This document shows, one piece after another, positions 38,829 to 51,673 of a stretch of DNA of 64,000 nucleotides. Both the position numbers and the translations under genes were made by a program. The stretch is from NCBI GenBank assembly GCA_023515725.1, contig JALDTO010000074.1, positions 1,338-65,337 of the forward strand, written 5' to 3'. A model generated the notes under the pieces. It was not told the origin of the DNA, did no database searches, and saw only the letters and a program-made list of their open reading frames with translations. How positions within the stretch are numbered: the first letter of the stretch is position 1; every line of letters starts with the position of its first letter. This DNA is from Amoeboaphelidium protococcarum X5 (lineage: Eukaryota > Fungi > Aphelidiomycota).

Positions 38829-40601
38829 ATGGGTAATATCGTGTCTGGCTGGGGAAGAAATGATGGCAATAATCAAGACTCTGCGTAATAGAGTAATGTG
38901 AATGATTCGTAGTCTGGGAGTCGACTGGCTGGATAAAGTGGCTCATCACGCCGACGGAGGCAGAGAAATAGTACCAGCAATATAAGTGTGAATAGTCAGT
39001 TGGATACTAATGAATAGTCTCAATAGCATTCAATTTCCCAATCTGACGCATAATAGAGGCAGAGTGGCGGTAGTAGAAGTGTTAGATAGAGAACGTCTTC
39101 ATCTGCTAGATTGTCAGCTTTGGGTGTCGGTGATGATCAGATAAGGTGGTCTGGCTCATAATAAAGTATAAACTCTCGCGTGAGAAGGTCAGCGCGTCTG
39201 GCATCTCGATCTTAATCGTCTTCTGCGCAGTCTTTATCATCACGTAATAATCTTACGCGAATGATGTCTTTATAAGATTCAGTTTAATCCGTGAATGCCA
39301 GTGTGTCTGCTTAACGTGGATCCTAGTCGTCATAAGGAGAATAGTCTTAATCACAGAGTACGCTTAATCAGTAGAACACTCAGACTAACTAGTTATCTGT
39401 CTTCAACTTTAGAAATGATAGATATGCACGTGTTATGAGGTAAGGATTGGAGTTGGTATTGTAAGCAGTTATTACCAACGAGGATTCTAATTAGCGCGCC
39501 AGCATGTTCTATTTTAATGGATCCATCGTGGTTAGAGCTGAATCGTAGGAGTAACGATCAGAAAGTGTTTAATAAGAACCTAACGCGTCATCTGATGAAT
39601 TTAATAGTGATGCGGATCCAGATCATCGTCCATCTTCATCTAATGAGGATGGCCCTAATATCACAGGTGGAGTCAGGAGACTTAATGAGCATACATTTGA
39701 AATGATGAATAGCCGTGTTGATGAGTCCTCCCTTTTGTTAAGATATGGCTGTAATCTTAGAGCTGATGAAGGAAATGACAGTAATAATGTTTATGAAATT
39801 CCGCTTATGATTGTTGGTGCAAGAGATGAGAGTCTGGGTGGTCACAATGGCGTACATGGCTGGCTAATGTATATTATTGGTGGTACTGATACACAGCAGT
39901 CTTTCTAATCTCTATTCAGAACACTTGGTATATCCGGAGTAGATTAAGCCAGCACTGCTTCTTCAAATAGTGATATGGAGGCCGTAGTACGCGGTTTGGT
40001 AGGTAGATTTGTCATTGGTTTGAATGCGGCGGTAACATCTACGCTAAGAAGAGCTGCATAATAGTAGAACGCGTCTTAATCTACAAATACTTCACGTTCT
40101 GATGGTGATGATGATACTGATAATCAAGATACAGCAGATAATAATGACGAAGATTGGCAGTGGCTTGATCATGTACCATTATCCCAAGTGTTGCGAGCAT
40201 TATTCGGATCCATTTTGCGTAATGATAATTAGACTCAACCCGGAATGTTACTAGGAGATGGAAATGTGAATCAATATGAATTTTACACTAGGCTGGGTGA
40301 ATTATTGGGCCCCGCTGTTCCACGCAATGCTCCTCCTGAACTCGTCAGTCAGATTCCCACGACCACCTATCAAGAATTGGGAGTGCATATCGCCGGCAGT
40401 CATGAAGGTGTACTGTCCAAAAAGTGCACCATATGCCTTTCTCTATACGAAAAAAGTGACAATTTGCGGGTACTCTCTTGTCATCATTACTTTCATCAGA
40501 CTTGTATTGATACCTGGTTAACTGATCACGTCAACAGCTGTCCTCTATGTCGAAAGCCTGCCGTGGAAAGTTCCGAGTCCAACGCTGAATCTAATTTATG
40601 A
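38829..40601 (+). CDS. RING-H2 E3 ubiquitin ligase with a possible N-myristoylation start, about 590 aa
   Basis: MGNIVS start, Gln/Ser-rich disordered body, and C-terminal CTICLSLY...LSCHHYFHQTCIDTWL...CPLCR. Confidence 0.87.
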
Positions 40602-40764
40602 TATTCTCTCTTCATATACATAATTTATCCTTTGATTATTCATTATTGGTTCATTAAATGTTCGTTCGATTGAGCGCTTTCCTTCTTGGTCGCGTTGTTT
40701 CCATTGATCGACTGATAAAACCTCGCTCTTTTAACGCGAAAGTGGTTGAAGCAAGAAGGTAAAA

Positions 40765-41879
40765 ATGGATACAAAATCTCCATCCACGGACCTGACATTG
40801 ATTGTAAATGCCAGTATATAATGCTTGTCTCAAGTAGTGAAAAAGACTCCATTGAGTGTGAAGCTATTAAGTCGACCGCCATTTAAGTATATTTACGATT
40901 TAGTGATGGAAATTAGCGGGGAAACTTAGTACGGAAATGTTGACTTGGAGCGTTACTTAGCTTATGTGCCTAGCGTAAGACTTAATGATGGAACTCTTGA
41001 GGTAGATCTCTCATTTAAATTTTAATGTAGGAAGTAAAAGAAAAGATTGCTTTTATAAATTCGATTAAACTTTTAGTTGGTAATATGCAGATACATTTTC
41101 TCATAAAGTTTTACACCGTGACTTTGTAGAGCGATCTGTAAAAAGCGATGAACATGTCCCTTCTGTAGATCCACGTCAGGTATTGGCTGGTTTAGCGCCT
41201 GAGAGGACCAATGCATTGCTACAAAAGTTTTGTTAATTAGCTATTGAATCTGTACAATCTTCAACGATTGAACCAGCTACTGTACCATCCTAAAGTCAAG
41301 CGAAAAGTATTACTCTTTCTGTCATCCCCGACGATGACAACATAGCCAGCGACGCGTTCAAGTATAAGACCAAGCCCGAGTCGGCGCCATCCACCCAACG
41401 TGTAAATATTACTGAAGAGCCTAAGAAAGAATAGTAACAGTAAGAGACTCCTGGTAGCCAAGTAGGAGCGGATTTGAATAATTAATTGAGCGAGTTGATC
41501 TTGTTCGAATCAGCAATTGAATCTGCAGAAAATGAGCATCGTTCAGTGTTAGACGAAACTGTAGACTGGAAACAGAAATGCCTGTAGCTCGAATCTGAGA
41601 TTCAATCATATTAAAAGTATTTCCTCCTTCATTAATTATTAACATATTGTGTTCACTGGCGATAATAATACTTGTAGGGAGATCTAATCTGTTTTGACTC
41701 CGCATAAGGAAAAGATGAAACAACTTTAGGACGCGATCCAAGTGGAGGTATTTTCTTAATTGTAATTTGATATCTGAGTTTGATTTAAAATTTTGTAGGA
41801 GATAAAGGCTGAGTAGTTGTAACAACAAATCTCAAGTGTCGTTTAAGCTATACAAGATGACCTTAAGTGTACCGAGTGA
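40765..41879 (+). CDS. IFT54: Intraflagellar transport protein IFT54/TRAF3IP1, reduced to about 298 aa; introns 40975..41030, 41080..41129, 41617..41677, 41748..41798
   Basis: CH-domain motifs KLLSRPPFKYIYDLV, EKIAFI and VLAGLAPERTNALLQ, plus a C-terminal coiled coil. Four GTA...TGTAG introns give a continuous 299-codon frame. Confidence 0.85.
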
Positions 41880-41934
41880 ATGTCAGATACTGTATGTCTT
41901 TTTCTGTGAGAACCATTATTTAAATTAACACAAT

Positions 41935-42810
41935 TCACGTTCCCATCACGCGTTTAGTACCAAGACCGTTCTTGAAAGAGTTCACATAATCATTCATCAG
42001 AAACAACTATTGTACTAGGAACTGCGACCCTGTAAAACAGAACACCACAATGAAATCAACAGCAGCAATTCTGGTTTACAGATTGATAACGGCATTCACG
42101 TCACTAGTGATATCATCAGTCATATAAGAACTACCAGGCCACACAAACAATAGAATTATCAATCCAGGAACATTGTAGAGTACAGCGACAGCGATAACAG
42201 TCTTGACATACTAAATCACCGTAGTTCTGGCATTTGAGTCATACTCATAGGAGCCGGATGTAAAGCGGAAATACAGCGATGTTGCCGCATAAACGCGACT
42301 AAACGCGTCATACAGACCCATAAATATAAAAAAGTAAAGCCAATAGTACCTTGTAATTAAGTAATACTCTGGATATGAATAAGAGCGTGATTACACAATC
42401 AACATGGTCAGATACAAGAGGTTGAAACACGTCAGCGGAATCCACAGGAAAATATTCAGCAAGTTGATTCTCTGATAACCGGGAATTTGCCACTAGTTGA
42501 AGAGGACAAACACGGCAGTCTAGTAGAACAAAATGTTCAAAATATACAGAAACTCTGCAGCCACCCAATAATCTTGATATTAAATGTAAGATGCCCATGA
42601 ACCGTCAAACTAACATTCTTTCACTAGTCTCAGAATGGCAGTGATCAGCACGATGGAAGTGAAGAGAATTCTCAAATTGTAAAACCATTGTTTGAACTGT
42701 CTCAACGAGCTCAATCTCAGCGACCAAGCGCAAAGAGCCACGGCCACCAAGAACATACCAACTTCCAAGCCTACAGCCGCCTAATTTTATACTTTGATAT
42801 TGGCAATCAT
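41935..42810 (-). CDS. Orphan seven-transmembrane (GPCR-like) protein, 291 aa
   Basis: Intronless 292-codon frame with seven hydrophobic stretches and short termini. Missed by the ORF track because of in-frame TAR codons. Confidence 0.72.
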
Positions 42811-43149
42811 TAAATTACTGTTGAATAAATTTATTTTTCTAATCAATAATAATTATTAAAGTCAAGAGTTGTGAAATTCCCACAATCCATCCTCAGCAGA
42901 TAAAAATAGATGGCGCTTCTCGTATATTAAAAAGCCTTTTGCAATAACAATATTGGCATCTAAATCTACATTTCATACAGATGGTACATTGGCGCAATCT
43001 CAAATGTGACTACTTAGTAAGAGGAGAATCGATAAGTTTCGACACTTCATGACCGCGTTTCTCTGTTAACATTTCTATTCACTTTTACTCAGCCATTTGC
43101 ACATAAGAGCCGAGATATCTCTTTCAAATTGAAAAGTCAATACAAAATT

Positions 43150-43911
43150 ATGGAGAAATAGATAGAGGACAAGCTGTCAGATTTATTATGTATATCTTAG
43201 GTAGAAGCTTAGGACGTTGTAAAATACTTGAAATCATTGCCTACTAAGTAGGAGCTGTAGAGCCATTTAGTAGGTATGCTTGGCGATGACTCCGAGGCTG
43301 CCGTATCACTAGTAAATACTATCGTAAACTGGCGATATCCTGATCAAGCGTCACATCAGCCGTCGTCTCGTGATGTTAAATAGCCCAATGCTGCTGGGAA
43401 AGCTAAAGTTTTAAAAATTGATAGCTCTGCCTCTGTAAAATAATCCAATTAGAAATCGAAAAGTGGGAACAAAAACATCTCTAAAATCACTGGGCGAGAT
43501 ACCTGCAACTGTTGCGCTTAATTACACGATTTTGTCAGGAATTGTCTGAACTGTGGGAAAATTATCTGCTAACTTGAAGGCAAAGGCCCTTGCACCTTTT
43601 GTGACGCGTCGGATGGTGAAGTAGCTGGGAAATAGAAGTAGACACGCAGTAAGTTTTAAAGTAAGAAGGGAACTTACATGCCAATTTAGACTTACCGAAC
43701 TGTCAGCGCGTTTACACCGACATTTGGAGTTTAACCAGGCAGCAATAGGAAAGAGCTATCTAAATAGGATGAAGAATTGATGAAAACTTAATTCCCCTCT
43801 TTTTAGTCGTAGAAATAAGAATCTAGTTCGTTGGCGTAATCGCGATCATCTTCTGACAATGCAGACTTAATTAGGTAGAGGATGCTTGATGCTGATAAAC
43901 GCGCATTTTGA
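43150..43911 (+). CDS. TRIP4: TRIP4/ASC-1/Rqt4-like C2HC5 zinc-finger protein, short form (253 aa)
   Basis: Zinc finger CNCCAQLH...NCLNCGKIICQLEGKGPCTFC, with an N-terminal PWI-like helical segment. Confidence 0.85.
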
Positions 43912-43950
43912 ATTTTTTAATACTAATTGATTATTATACTGAAACATCAT

Positions 43951-44574
43951 TCACAATTCATAGTAGTTTATTAAATACTCAAACCGTTGGTCCATTAATA
44001 ACTTCCATTATCTTCGAGGAGCGATATCAGAGAATTTGTACTGAATGGCGACAACTCGCCTTCTGTCGCGATTCCAACCTTTAATCAGAGGCATCAATTA
44101 GTCTAGACCTCCCGGTAATAGATACAATATTAATATGTCAGGCTTATAATCATTCAAATCAATTGAAAAGATATCCTTCAAGTCAATAACCCAATCAAAA
44201 TCTGTATCGAGTGCCGTAAGATTTTTGATACATCTTAATTATAGCTTTTGGTCTAATTCAATGCCAATGACGCGAGGTCTCTCTGCTTTATTACTCACAT
44301 GAGATGCAAATTCAACGAACGCTTGTAATATTTAGCCATCACCGCATCCTAGATCCATAACTGCATTGCTAGGAGATAATAAATTGTCTTCATGCAGTGA
44401 CTATAGAGCAAATTTAATGACAGATTGAGGACACTTGACAAAAGGAGCTACGAACGGAGTGCCATCTAAAGGCTTCGAGTTGACATCACACTATATAACC
44501 TCTTTATACTAATCAGACACCTCAATTTCGTCAAAATCACAATTCTGAAACGGCATTGTCGCGTCCACAGTCAT
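43951..44574 (-). CDS. Class I SAM-dependent protein lysine methyltransferase (FAM173/ATPSCKMT-like)
   Basis: Motifs APFVKCP, VMDLGCGDGQI, IGIELD and ILYLLP. Confidence 0.78.
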
Positions 44575-44645
44575 TGTCTTTCAGTTTCTAAATCTCAATT
44601 TTACTGTCTAACACGATACACGATCTGAAAATTAGCAAAGTGAAA

Positions 44646-46184
44646 ATGCGGACTCCAGGGAACAAATTTGAAGATACTAAAGTCAGAAATACAGGTAAAG
44701 GTTGTGATTCTGTGGTTGCCTGGTTCACATCTCCGGATAGTTAGTCTACTGGTGTGAACTTAATATCCAATGTGGCACAGTGTGAAGTTAAGCAGTAAAC
44801 AGTGTTGAAGGGTGACAAAACGCGTCTTGGCCAAGCATTTAAACATACTGTTCAAACAGGAGGGCGTGTACTGGCTAGAGATCATGGTAAATCAGCATTT
44901 GATTTTAATTTGACTTCTAATGCTGTTCATCAAAAGCCATAATCTGCTCTCATTAGTTCAATGGCGCCTGAAACTAAAAATGCCAAGCATAAAACGGTCG
45001 TTTATCACGAGTTTGATTTCAGTCTGAAACCGGTGCGATTAGAAAAGAACAATGGACTTTCACATCTCATGAGTGAGATCAAAGAGCAAGATGAAGCATC
45101 TGTAAATTCTGAATAGGCGATTAATCTGTATGATGGTTAATATGCTCTAAAATAAGATGTTAATGATAATGATGATCTTATCTCTTCAGACAATTTGGTG
45201 GTCTCGTACACGCGTTTATCCAGTGATATGGGCAGCAAAAGCATGTCTCTGACAGACACCAGTACTCTATCACCGTAAAGTGAATCTTCAATAGACAAGG
45301 ATCATCTATTACTTAGTGAATTAGACTAATCTATTGAACAACTTAGCCAAAGCTCAATCAGTGTTACCCATCAAGATCATCATTGGCCTGCTCCGAGTAA
45401 GAATCCAAAAGTCAGACATTCAAATGTCGCAATGCTCAAGCTATCAGTTCCTCAAAAGGATAAGAATAAAGATATCGAGCGCAATCTAAGCCGTGATTTG
45501 ACTCCTGCTATATCTGATATTAAGATTGGAAGTTATCAGATTATGATCAATCCAGATTAATTATGGCGCAGGTAAAGTGGCGCAGTACAGTGGCGCAGTA
45601 TCAGATCGATAACGCATCCAATATCTATAGTGAATGAATAGTGATCTTGTAGTGGTTAAGGAATACATTGACATCATTCAACAGGCATATTTCTTATTCT
45701 ATTAGAAGTAATTCATAAATTCCGCAGCAAGATTTTGCAAACGAACAAGCGGGTGATTCCAAGGAAAATGTGCCAAAATCTGGTAACTTTGTCGTGGTCA
45801 GAGCCCAAAGTTTACAAGCCAAGCAAGTCAAATCCGCTCAAGCTGGAAATTTCTCGTACACCTCAGTAATTGGTTCTCCTAAAGACGCCATTTATAGCTT
45901 CATTGTGTAAATTCGTGCCAAGGATGGATTTAAATCATTGCGTACATTCTCCAACGAAGCCATGATTGGAACGGTGATTGAAGGCACAACTGAAGTAACT
46001 TTTGACGGTATCACCTACAAGTTGAACACGTTCGATTGCTTTAAGCTTTGCAAAGGTATTTTTCATTTTACAATTGATAAACATTACAGTATGTTGATGT
46101 CACAGTGTAGGTTGCAAGTACTCAATCAAAAATACGTCTGACACAGACTGCAAGATCTATATCGTAAGCTAACAGTAACAATGA
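44646..46184 (+). CDS. CENP-C/Mif2-like kinetochore protein with a C-terminal cupin domain; intron 46056..46110 and an uncertain intron at about 45585..45652
   Basis: Long disordered N-terminal region. Cupin pattern GTVIEGTTEVTFDGITYKLNTFDCFKLCKGCKYSIKNTSDTDCKIYIV resembles the Mif2/CENP-C C-terminal cupin. The CENP-C motif is only weakly recognisable. Confidence 0.58.
45564..45598 (+). repeat. Three copies of TGGCGCAG at a splice-donor region
   Basis: Copies at 45564-71, 45578-85 and 45591-98, each overlapping or followed by GTA. Confidence 0.8.
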
Positions 46185-46244
46185 AGTCAATATGATCAAC
46201 ACTACTGTATTGTTTTGTCACGCTTTAATTCATTCACATTATTT

Positions 46245-47714
46245 TCATGAACGATATTTATCCATAAACTGTGCATGAAAGTCTTGAATCTTACTGATGA
46301 AGCTATCAAATTCATCTTCTGGTGGTAGGAAGGTGGCTCTGAAATGCCAAGTTCCTTCACGTTAGCCAAATCCACTGCCAGGCACAACACAAACACCAGT
46401 AGAATTCAGCAATTCCATAGCATAGAACGCGTCAGGCTTCTTACCATTATTCTACGCAGCCTGGACAGCCTTCTCAGGCAAAGTAATCTAAGGGAAGACG
46501 TACATGGCGCCATCAGCCTGCTGACAGCTGACACCTTCCATCTGGTTCAAGCCATTCACCAGTTTCTTTGCTCTTCTCTTCAAGGATTAAAAGATAGAGT
46601 CACATTCAGTCTTGAAATTCTCATAGCTCTCATCTCCTTCCGCAGGAGGCTTAACCATAAGATCAACCATGATTTGGCCCTGAGCATTTGGACATAATGA
46701 GATGCTGCTCAGTTTATACAACTAATCAACAACCTGATCATCAAAATTGTACAACTCAAAGTATCCCCCTCTTCTACCACATTCTCCAATGATACCCTTA
46801 GAGATAGAGTGGAAAGACACCAATTCAACGGGAGACTTCATATCACAAACCACCTTTTTGAATGAGACAAACTGACGATCATCACGGTAGACATTAGTCT
46901 GATAAACTTCATCCGCCATCAACACCAAATTCTCACTCTGACAGAAGCTCACCACAGACTCCATATTCTCACGAGATAGCAAATTACCGACTGGATTACC
47001 CGGATTAATAACGACTAGTGCACGGACGTCAACGCCTTACTCGCGCGCCTTCTTCACTGATTTCTTCAGCTCTTCAAGGCCCAGAGTCCAGCCAGACTCT
47101 TCATGCAGATAGTACGGCACAGGCGTACCATTCAACAGTGCCAAAGTAGCGGTGTAAAGTGGATACTGCGGAATAGGAATCATGACTCCAGCCTTGGGAC
47201 TATTGATCAGAGCTTAAAGTAGAAAGTTGACTCCCTACGAAGCACCCGTGGTCAGAAAGATGTGCTCAGTATTCGGCATGTGAACACCACCATCACGTCT
47301 ATGAATGAACTCGGCAACGTGCTTTCTCACCACCGGATAACCTTTGGAAGAAGTGTACGGACCAACTCTACCACCGCAGTAATCCACGATGGATTGAGCG
47401 CGATTGACAACATCTTTAGGGAACAATGGGCGCAACGATTCATCCTTCTAAACACGTGCCAACAGATCGCTGTCTTCAACCAAGCTTGCCACCTGTCTGT
47501 AGAAAGATATTGGACTCTGACCAAGTTACTGTGGATTACCGATATTGCAATAGACAACCTTGTCAAATTGCAACTTCTATCTCTGCGCCGGATCTTTCAA
47601 CATAGACTCCAGCTGCTCTGCGCGCACAGCAATCTCACCTCTCACCGCGTACTCAGCCTTAACCACATTTGGATTCAAAGAGCCTTTGCTCAGCACTCTC
47701 TTTAAACTCTACAT
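46245..47714 (-). CDS. ALT1: Alanine aminotransferase (PLP-dependent, class I)
   Basis: Motifs NPNVVKAEYAVRGEI, NIGNPQQL, PIPQYPLYTA, INPGNPVGN, ADEVYQTN and SFHSISKGIIGECGRRGGY. Confidence 0.96.
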
Positions 47715-47895
47715 TATCAGATATTATCTACTTAGAGTGTTAATGAACTAATTGTTGAACAGATGTTGATAGCAAAATTAAATCTAATTGCAAAGACGAG
47801 AGTTGGCGGTAAAAATAGATTGCGTAAGAGTGAACAAATAAACCGAATAGACCTTAATCAACAAAGTTAGTATGTGTTAAACTTCAGTAATAAAA

Positions 47896-48373
47896 TCACA
47901 ATCCTTCAGCAGTCAGAATTTCATCAACAGAGAGGAATCCGTCGTGGTTAGTATCGTCATTTTCCATAATCCAGTCAACGTGTTCCATACCTTCTTAAGT
48001 GTTGACATTATCCGCGCCGTCCTTGTTCATAAACATCAACAGCTCATGTCCATCAATCATCTAATTTCCATCAACGTCCGCAAGAGCAATGTAATGCATA
48101 GTTTCTTCTCGCGGATCCATGTGCTTATCCAGTATAAGCTGCTCATGGTGAGGATCTAAATGCTCCATTTCTTCCCTCATTCGTCTACATACTCGTATTA
48201 AAACTAGTTATAGAACTGATTCTGAGAAATTCTAATTTAACTTACTCTCTCGACTCTGCACTGTGTGCGTCTATATTTACATGTTGCAGATAGTCTGCAT
48301 TAACGCCCTATGATAAAGTTGTCATCGCACCGACAAGGCTGACGATAATAGATAGTGACAGTCTTGCTTGCAT
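47896..48373 (-). CDS. MCFD2: MCFD2-like secreted EF-hand protein; intron 48185..48245
   Basis: Signal peptide and an EF-hand pair: MHYIALADVDGNQMIDGHEL and VDWIMENDDTNHDGFLSVDEI. Confidence 0.75.
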
Positions 48374-49202
48374 TGTCTTTTACTTTCTCGCCGCGTACTT
48401 CTTGCACGTTGCTTTTGCGACAAAAGGGGGAGGAGATTGTTGGAGCTTGAGAGATAAATTGAAGACCCGCGCGCGTGTTGTTTCAAACTGTCACTCATCC
48501 GCAGTAGTGATGATGATGATGATGATTATAGTGATTATGGATTGATATGAGATATAAGACGTGCGTGATACACCAATGCATGTGAGAATACAATTAGCTG
48601 ACAAGTCAATGAAAAGTGAAAGCAAGTAAAAACAAAAGTAAAATAGACTGCACGTTGGGATGTAGGCTAGTGTACTAGTAATGAAGTGCTCATTGGCATT
48701 ATAATGATGCACGTGATTACTAATACAAATAACCTACAACCCAGCAGCCGATATGATATGGTGTTGACATTCTATGGACACTTCTGACATGATAGTATAG
48801 AATTCTACATACACGGCGTAGTACACACCCTGAGTGACAAAAAGACTTCTAGAAGGAAGAGAAGAGCCAACAGAAATCAATCCAGTTGAACCGCGAATTC
48901 GGATTGGAGCAGATTCTATTTTAAGCACCGCGTCTGATTCGCCTAAATCTTGGCCAAATCTCATTGCCGATTGCACAGTTTTAGATTGCTGATATCAGCA
49001 GACCTTGCTAGATATATAGATACCATGTGCCACGAGAATAAGACTAGAATACGAATTAAGGACAAGATAAAAGTCTTATATCACCACTTTTAGAATGTTT
49101 AGTGTTGGAGATGCCGACGTTCAATTTTCTTCTCGCGGAGACAATTCAAAAATTCACACACTTGCTCTGCTGACGTCAGGCTGTGAGAAAGAGTGATAAA
49201 AA

Positions 49203-50591
49203 ATGTAAAAGTCATCGGCATCAGCAGATGATAAATTTATGATTACTAAGCAATTTAAAGATTTTGACATTGGTCGATCGCTGGGTGAGGGGTCATTCAG
49301 TAGTGTTCACATTGCCACTGATCGAGAGTCTGGCGCAGTGTATGCCATCAAGATTCTTAGTAAGGCGCAGATTGTGAAGGAGAAGAAAATTAAGTATGTC
49401 AATGTGGAGAAGCAGGTTCTGTATCAGTGCCGACACAAGAATATTATTGAGTTGTATTACACTTTTCAGACTAGTGACTGTTTGTACTTTGTGCTTGAAC
49501 ATTGTCAGAATGGAGACTTGCTTCATCACATTTAGAGATTGAAGAGGTTCTCCCTCCGCAGTATGCGGTATGTATTATCATCTCTTATGGACGCAGTTGA
49601 GTATCTGCATGGTCAGAATATTTTGCATCGAGACTTGAAGCCTGAGAATGTGTTATTCGATTCAAAATTCGCTGTAAAGTTGTGTGACTTTGGATCCGCC
49701 AAGATTATATCAAGTGAAGACGTACAATAGTAGAATGGGGATTAATTGCATAAATCTGAATCTAATCATTAAAGTGAGCGAAGATCATCGTTTGTGGGCA
49801 CTGCTGAGTATTGTTCACCAGAGTTACTGGGGGAGAAGTAGTCGGGAAAAGCTTCAGATTTATGGTCACTGGGATGCATTTTATATTAGATGGCTCATGG
49901 AAAGTGTCCTTTTAAAGGAGCTAATGATTATTTAACGTTTCAGCTCATATTACACCACAATTATACTTGTGATCAATCTCTGCTGGACTCTGTAACTATA
50001 TCTCTTATTGACTCTATGCTGTAATAAGATCCTTTGCAGAGAATCGGATGCCAGTCGGCGTAACATCCTTATGGTGACCTTGATTGGAATTAAATTCGAT
50101 CTCATTAGTTCTTCAGTGGTTATGACCATTAACTGGTACTTGGATAATTGAGTGATAAAAAGCCTTTCCAGCTATCTAGTTAATTCACCCAGAAGCTTAA
50201 TAATATATCTGAAGACTCATTGCGATCATTTCTGTTGGATAAAGAGACTATTCTCATGTGTGGTAAACTGAATAAGCGCAAGTACTCCATATCCATACCG
50301 TTTGTACCTACAATGGCTGCCAAGTAGAGACTGTTTATACTGACTGATAAGAATAGACTCATGTGGATAGATACATCATTGTGTGATGATAATAGTAATA
50401 ATAATAATAATGATTAGCAATTGAAATAGTTGGGTGAATTGATGATCACTCCTCAGTTGGATATACAATTAAGTGGTGATCGCCGTGAACTGGTCATCCA
50501 GACTGAGAAGAAGGCTTACCACTTGCAAGCTTTAGATGGCTAATCTATATAGCCGTGGTTTGATGCATTGAAATAACTATAAGAGTTATGA
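49203..50591 (+). CDS. PDPK1: 3-phosphoinositide-dependent kinase (PDK1/Pkh) with a C-terminal PH domain
   Basis: Motifs LGEGSFSSV, IVKEKKIKYVNVEK, HRDLKPEN, RRSSFVGTAEYCSPELL and GANDYLTFQ; PH-like segment CGKLNKRK...QRLFILTDKNRLMW. Confidence 0.92.
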
Positions 50592-50646
50592 GAGTGTATT
50601 GAATGTGATTATATTATATTATTGTTATATACACAGGCTATATCTT

Positions 50647-51570
50647 TCAAATTCCAAGTTTACTATTGAACATTTCCACCAGGTCATCTTCAGTATTACC
50701 CCAGGTATCATTGTCATCATTATCTGGAAATTCATTATGTTCCGTCACTTTATCCCTATCATCTTTTATCAATATCTAACTTATAAGAGAATTGGTGGCA
50801 GCAATGTAAAATGAATCAAATTATAAACTGTCACCATAATCAGTGCTACTCTAATCAAAAGTGAGATTCCGCAGATCAATCATTCGAACTTTTAAGTTAT
50901 CGCTATCTCTAATGCCAGTCATCTATTCTATATCAAGAGCCAAATAGCATAAATCTTCATTATTAATTATCTCTTAAAGTTTAGACACGCGAATCTGTAA
51001 ATCAATTTAAGAAAATGATAGCCTGAGTATAACACATTCACTTTCACACAAAGTTTTTATCATTCGCCGCGAAAGCTTATCCAGTACATTACGCGTCAAA
51101 TTTAGTCTAGTTTATATAACTTACTTTATTAAATCTGAGTCTGTCTATAGAACTTGCTATTTATCACTCTTATCAGTTTCGTAGCTCTTACTGACATCTA
51201 ATGTCTTAGGAGAGAATGGAAGCCAAATAGCATCGAAGTAATCTCCAAGCTGATCCAATAAATCAGCGACATTCTTATACTATAGCGATATAATATCCAA
51301 CTCTGAATTATGTCTCTTCAAGAAGTATGATCCAACACCAGTTTAAACTACAGTACCAAAATTTATCAACTCAATTTTATGCAACTCCTCGCTACTTTGG
51401 AGATCTTTATCATCAAGCGGTTATGATTTGCTCATTTGATTAACTATAGTCTCTGCGGTAATAATCTAAAAATCTACTATAGACCATTATAAGTCGACAT
51501 CTACTTTAATTAAATCTACTTATAAATCACCACGATTCAAATTGATCGTTATACAGTTGTTCTTTGTCAT
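50647..51570 (-). CDS. Hypothetical protein, 307 aa
   Basis: Continuous 308-codon frame with TAR=Gln that fills the gap between PDK1 and the USP gene. No recognisable motif; acidic C-terminus. Confidence 0.6.
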
Positions 51571-51673
51571 TGCAGATTCAGCGAAAACCAAGTTGATTCT
51601 AAAAAGAGAATGAAGCTCGTATTCCCGTACTGAAAGTAGCAAGTATAAAATGTCTATTGATACACAATTTAAG

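Noticed and set aside
42050-42480. Plus-strand ORF from ATG 42050
   Set aside because: It lies antisense to the 7TM gene, which has the longer frame and coherent hydrophobic helices.
48491-48964. Possible 157-aa minus-strand ORF joining two track ORFs through a TAG
   Set aside because: It has no motif and includes an ATC microsatellite. With only one stop codon, ORFs of this length arise easily by chance. It would need RNA-seq support.
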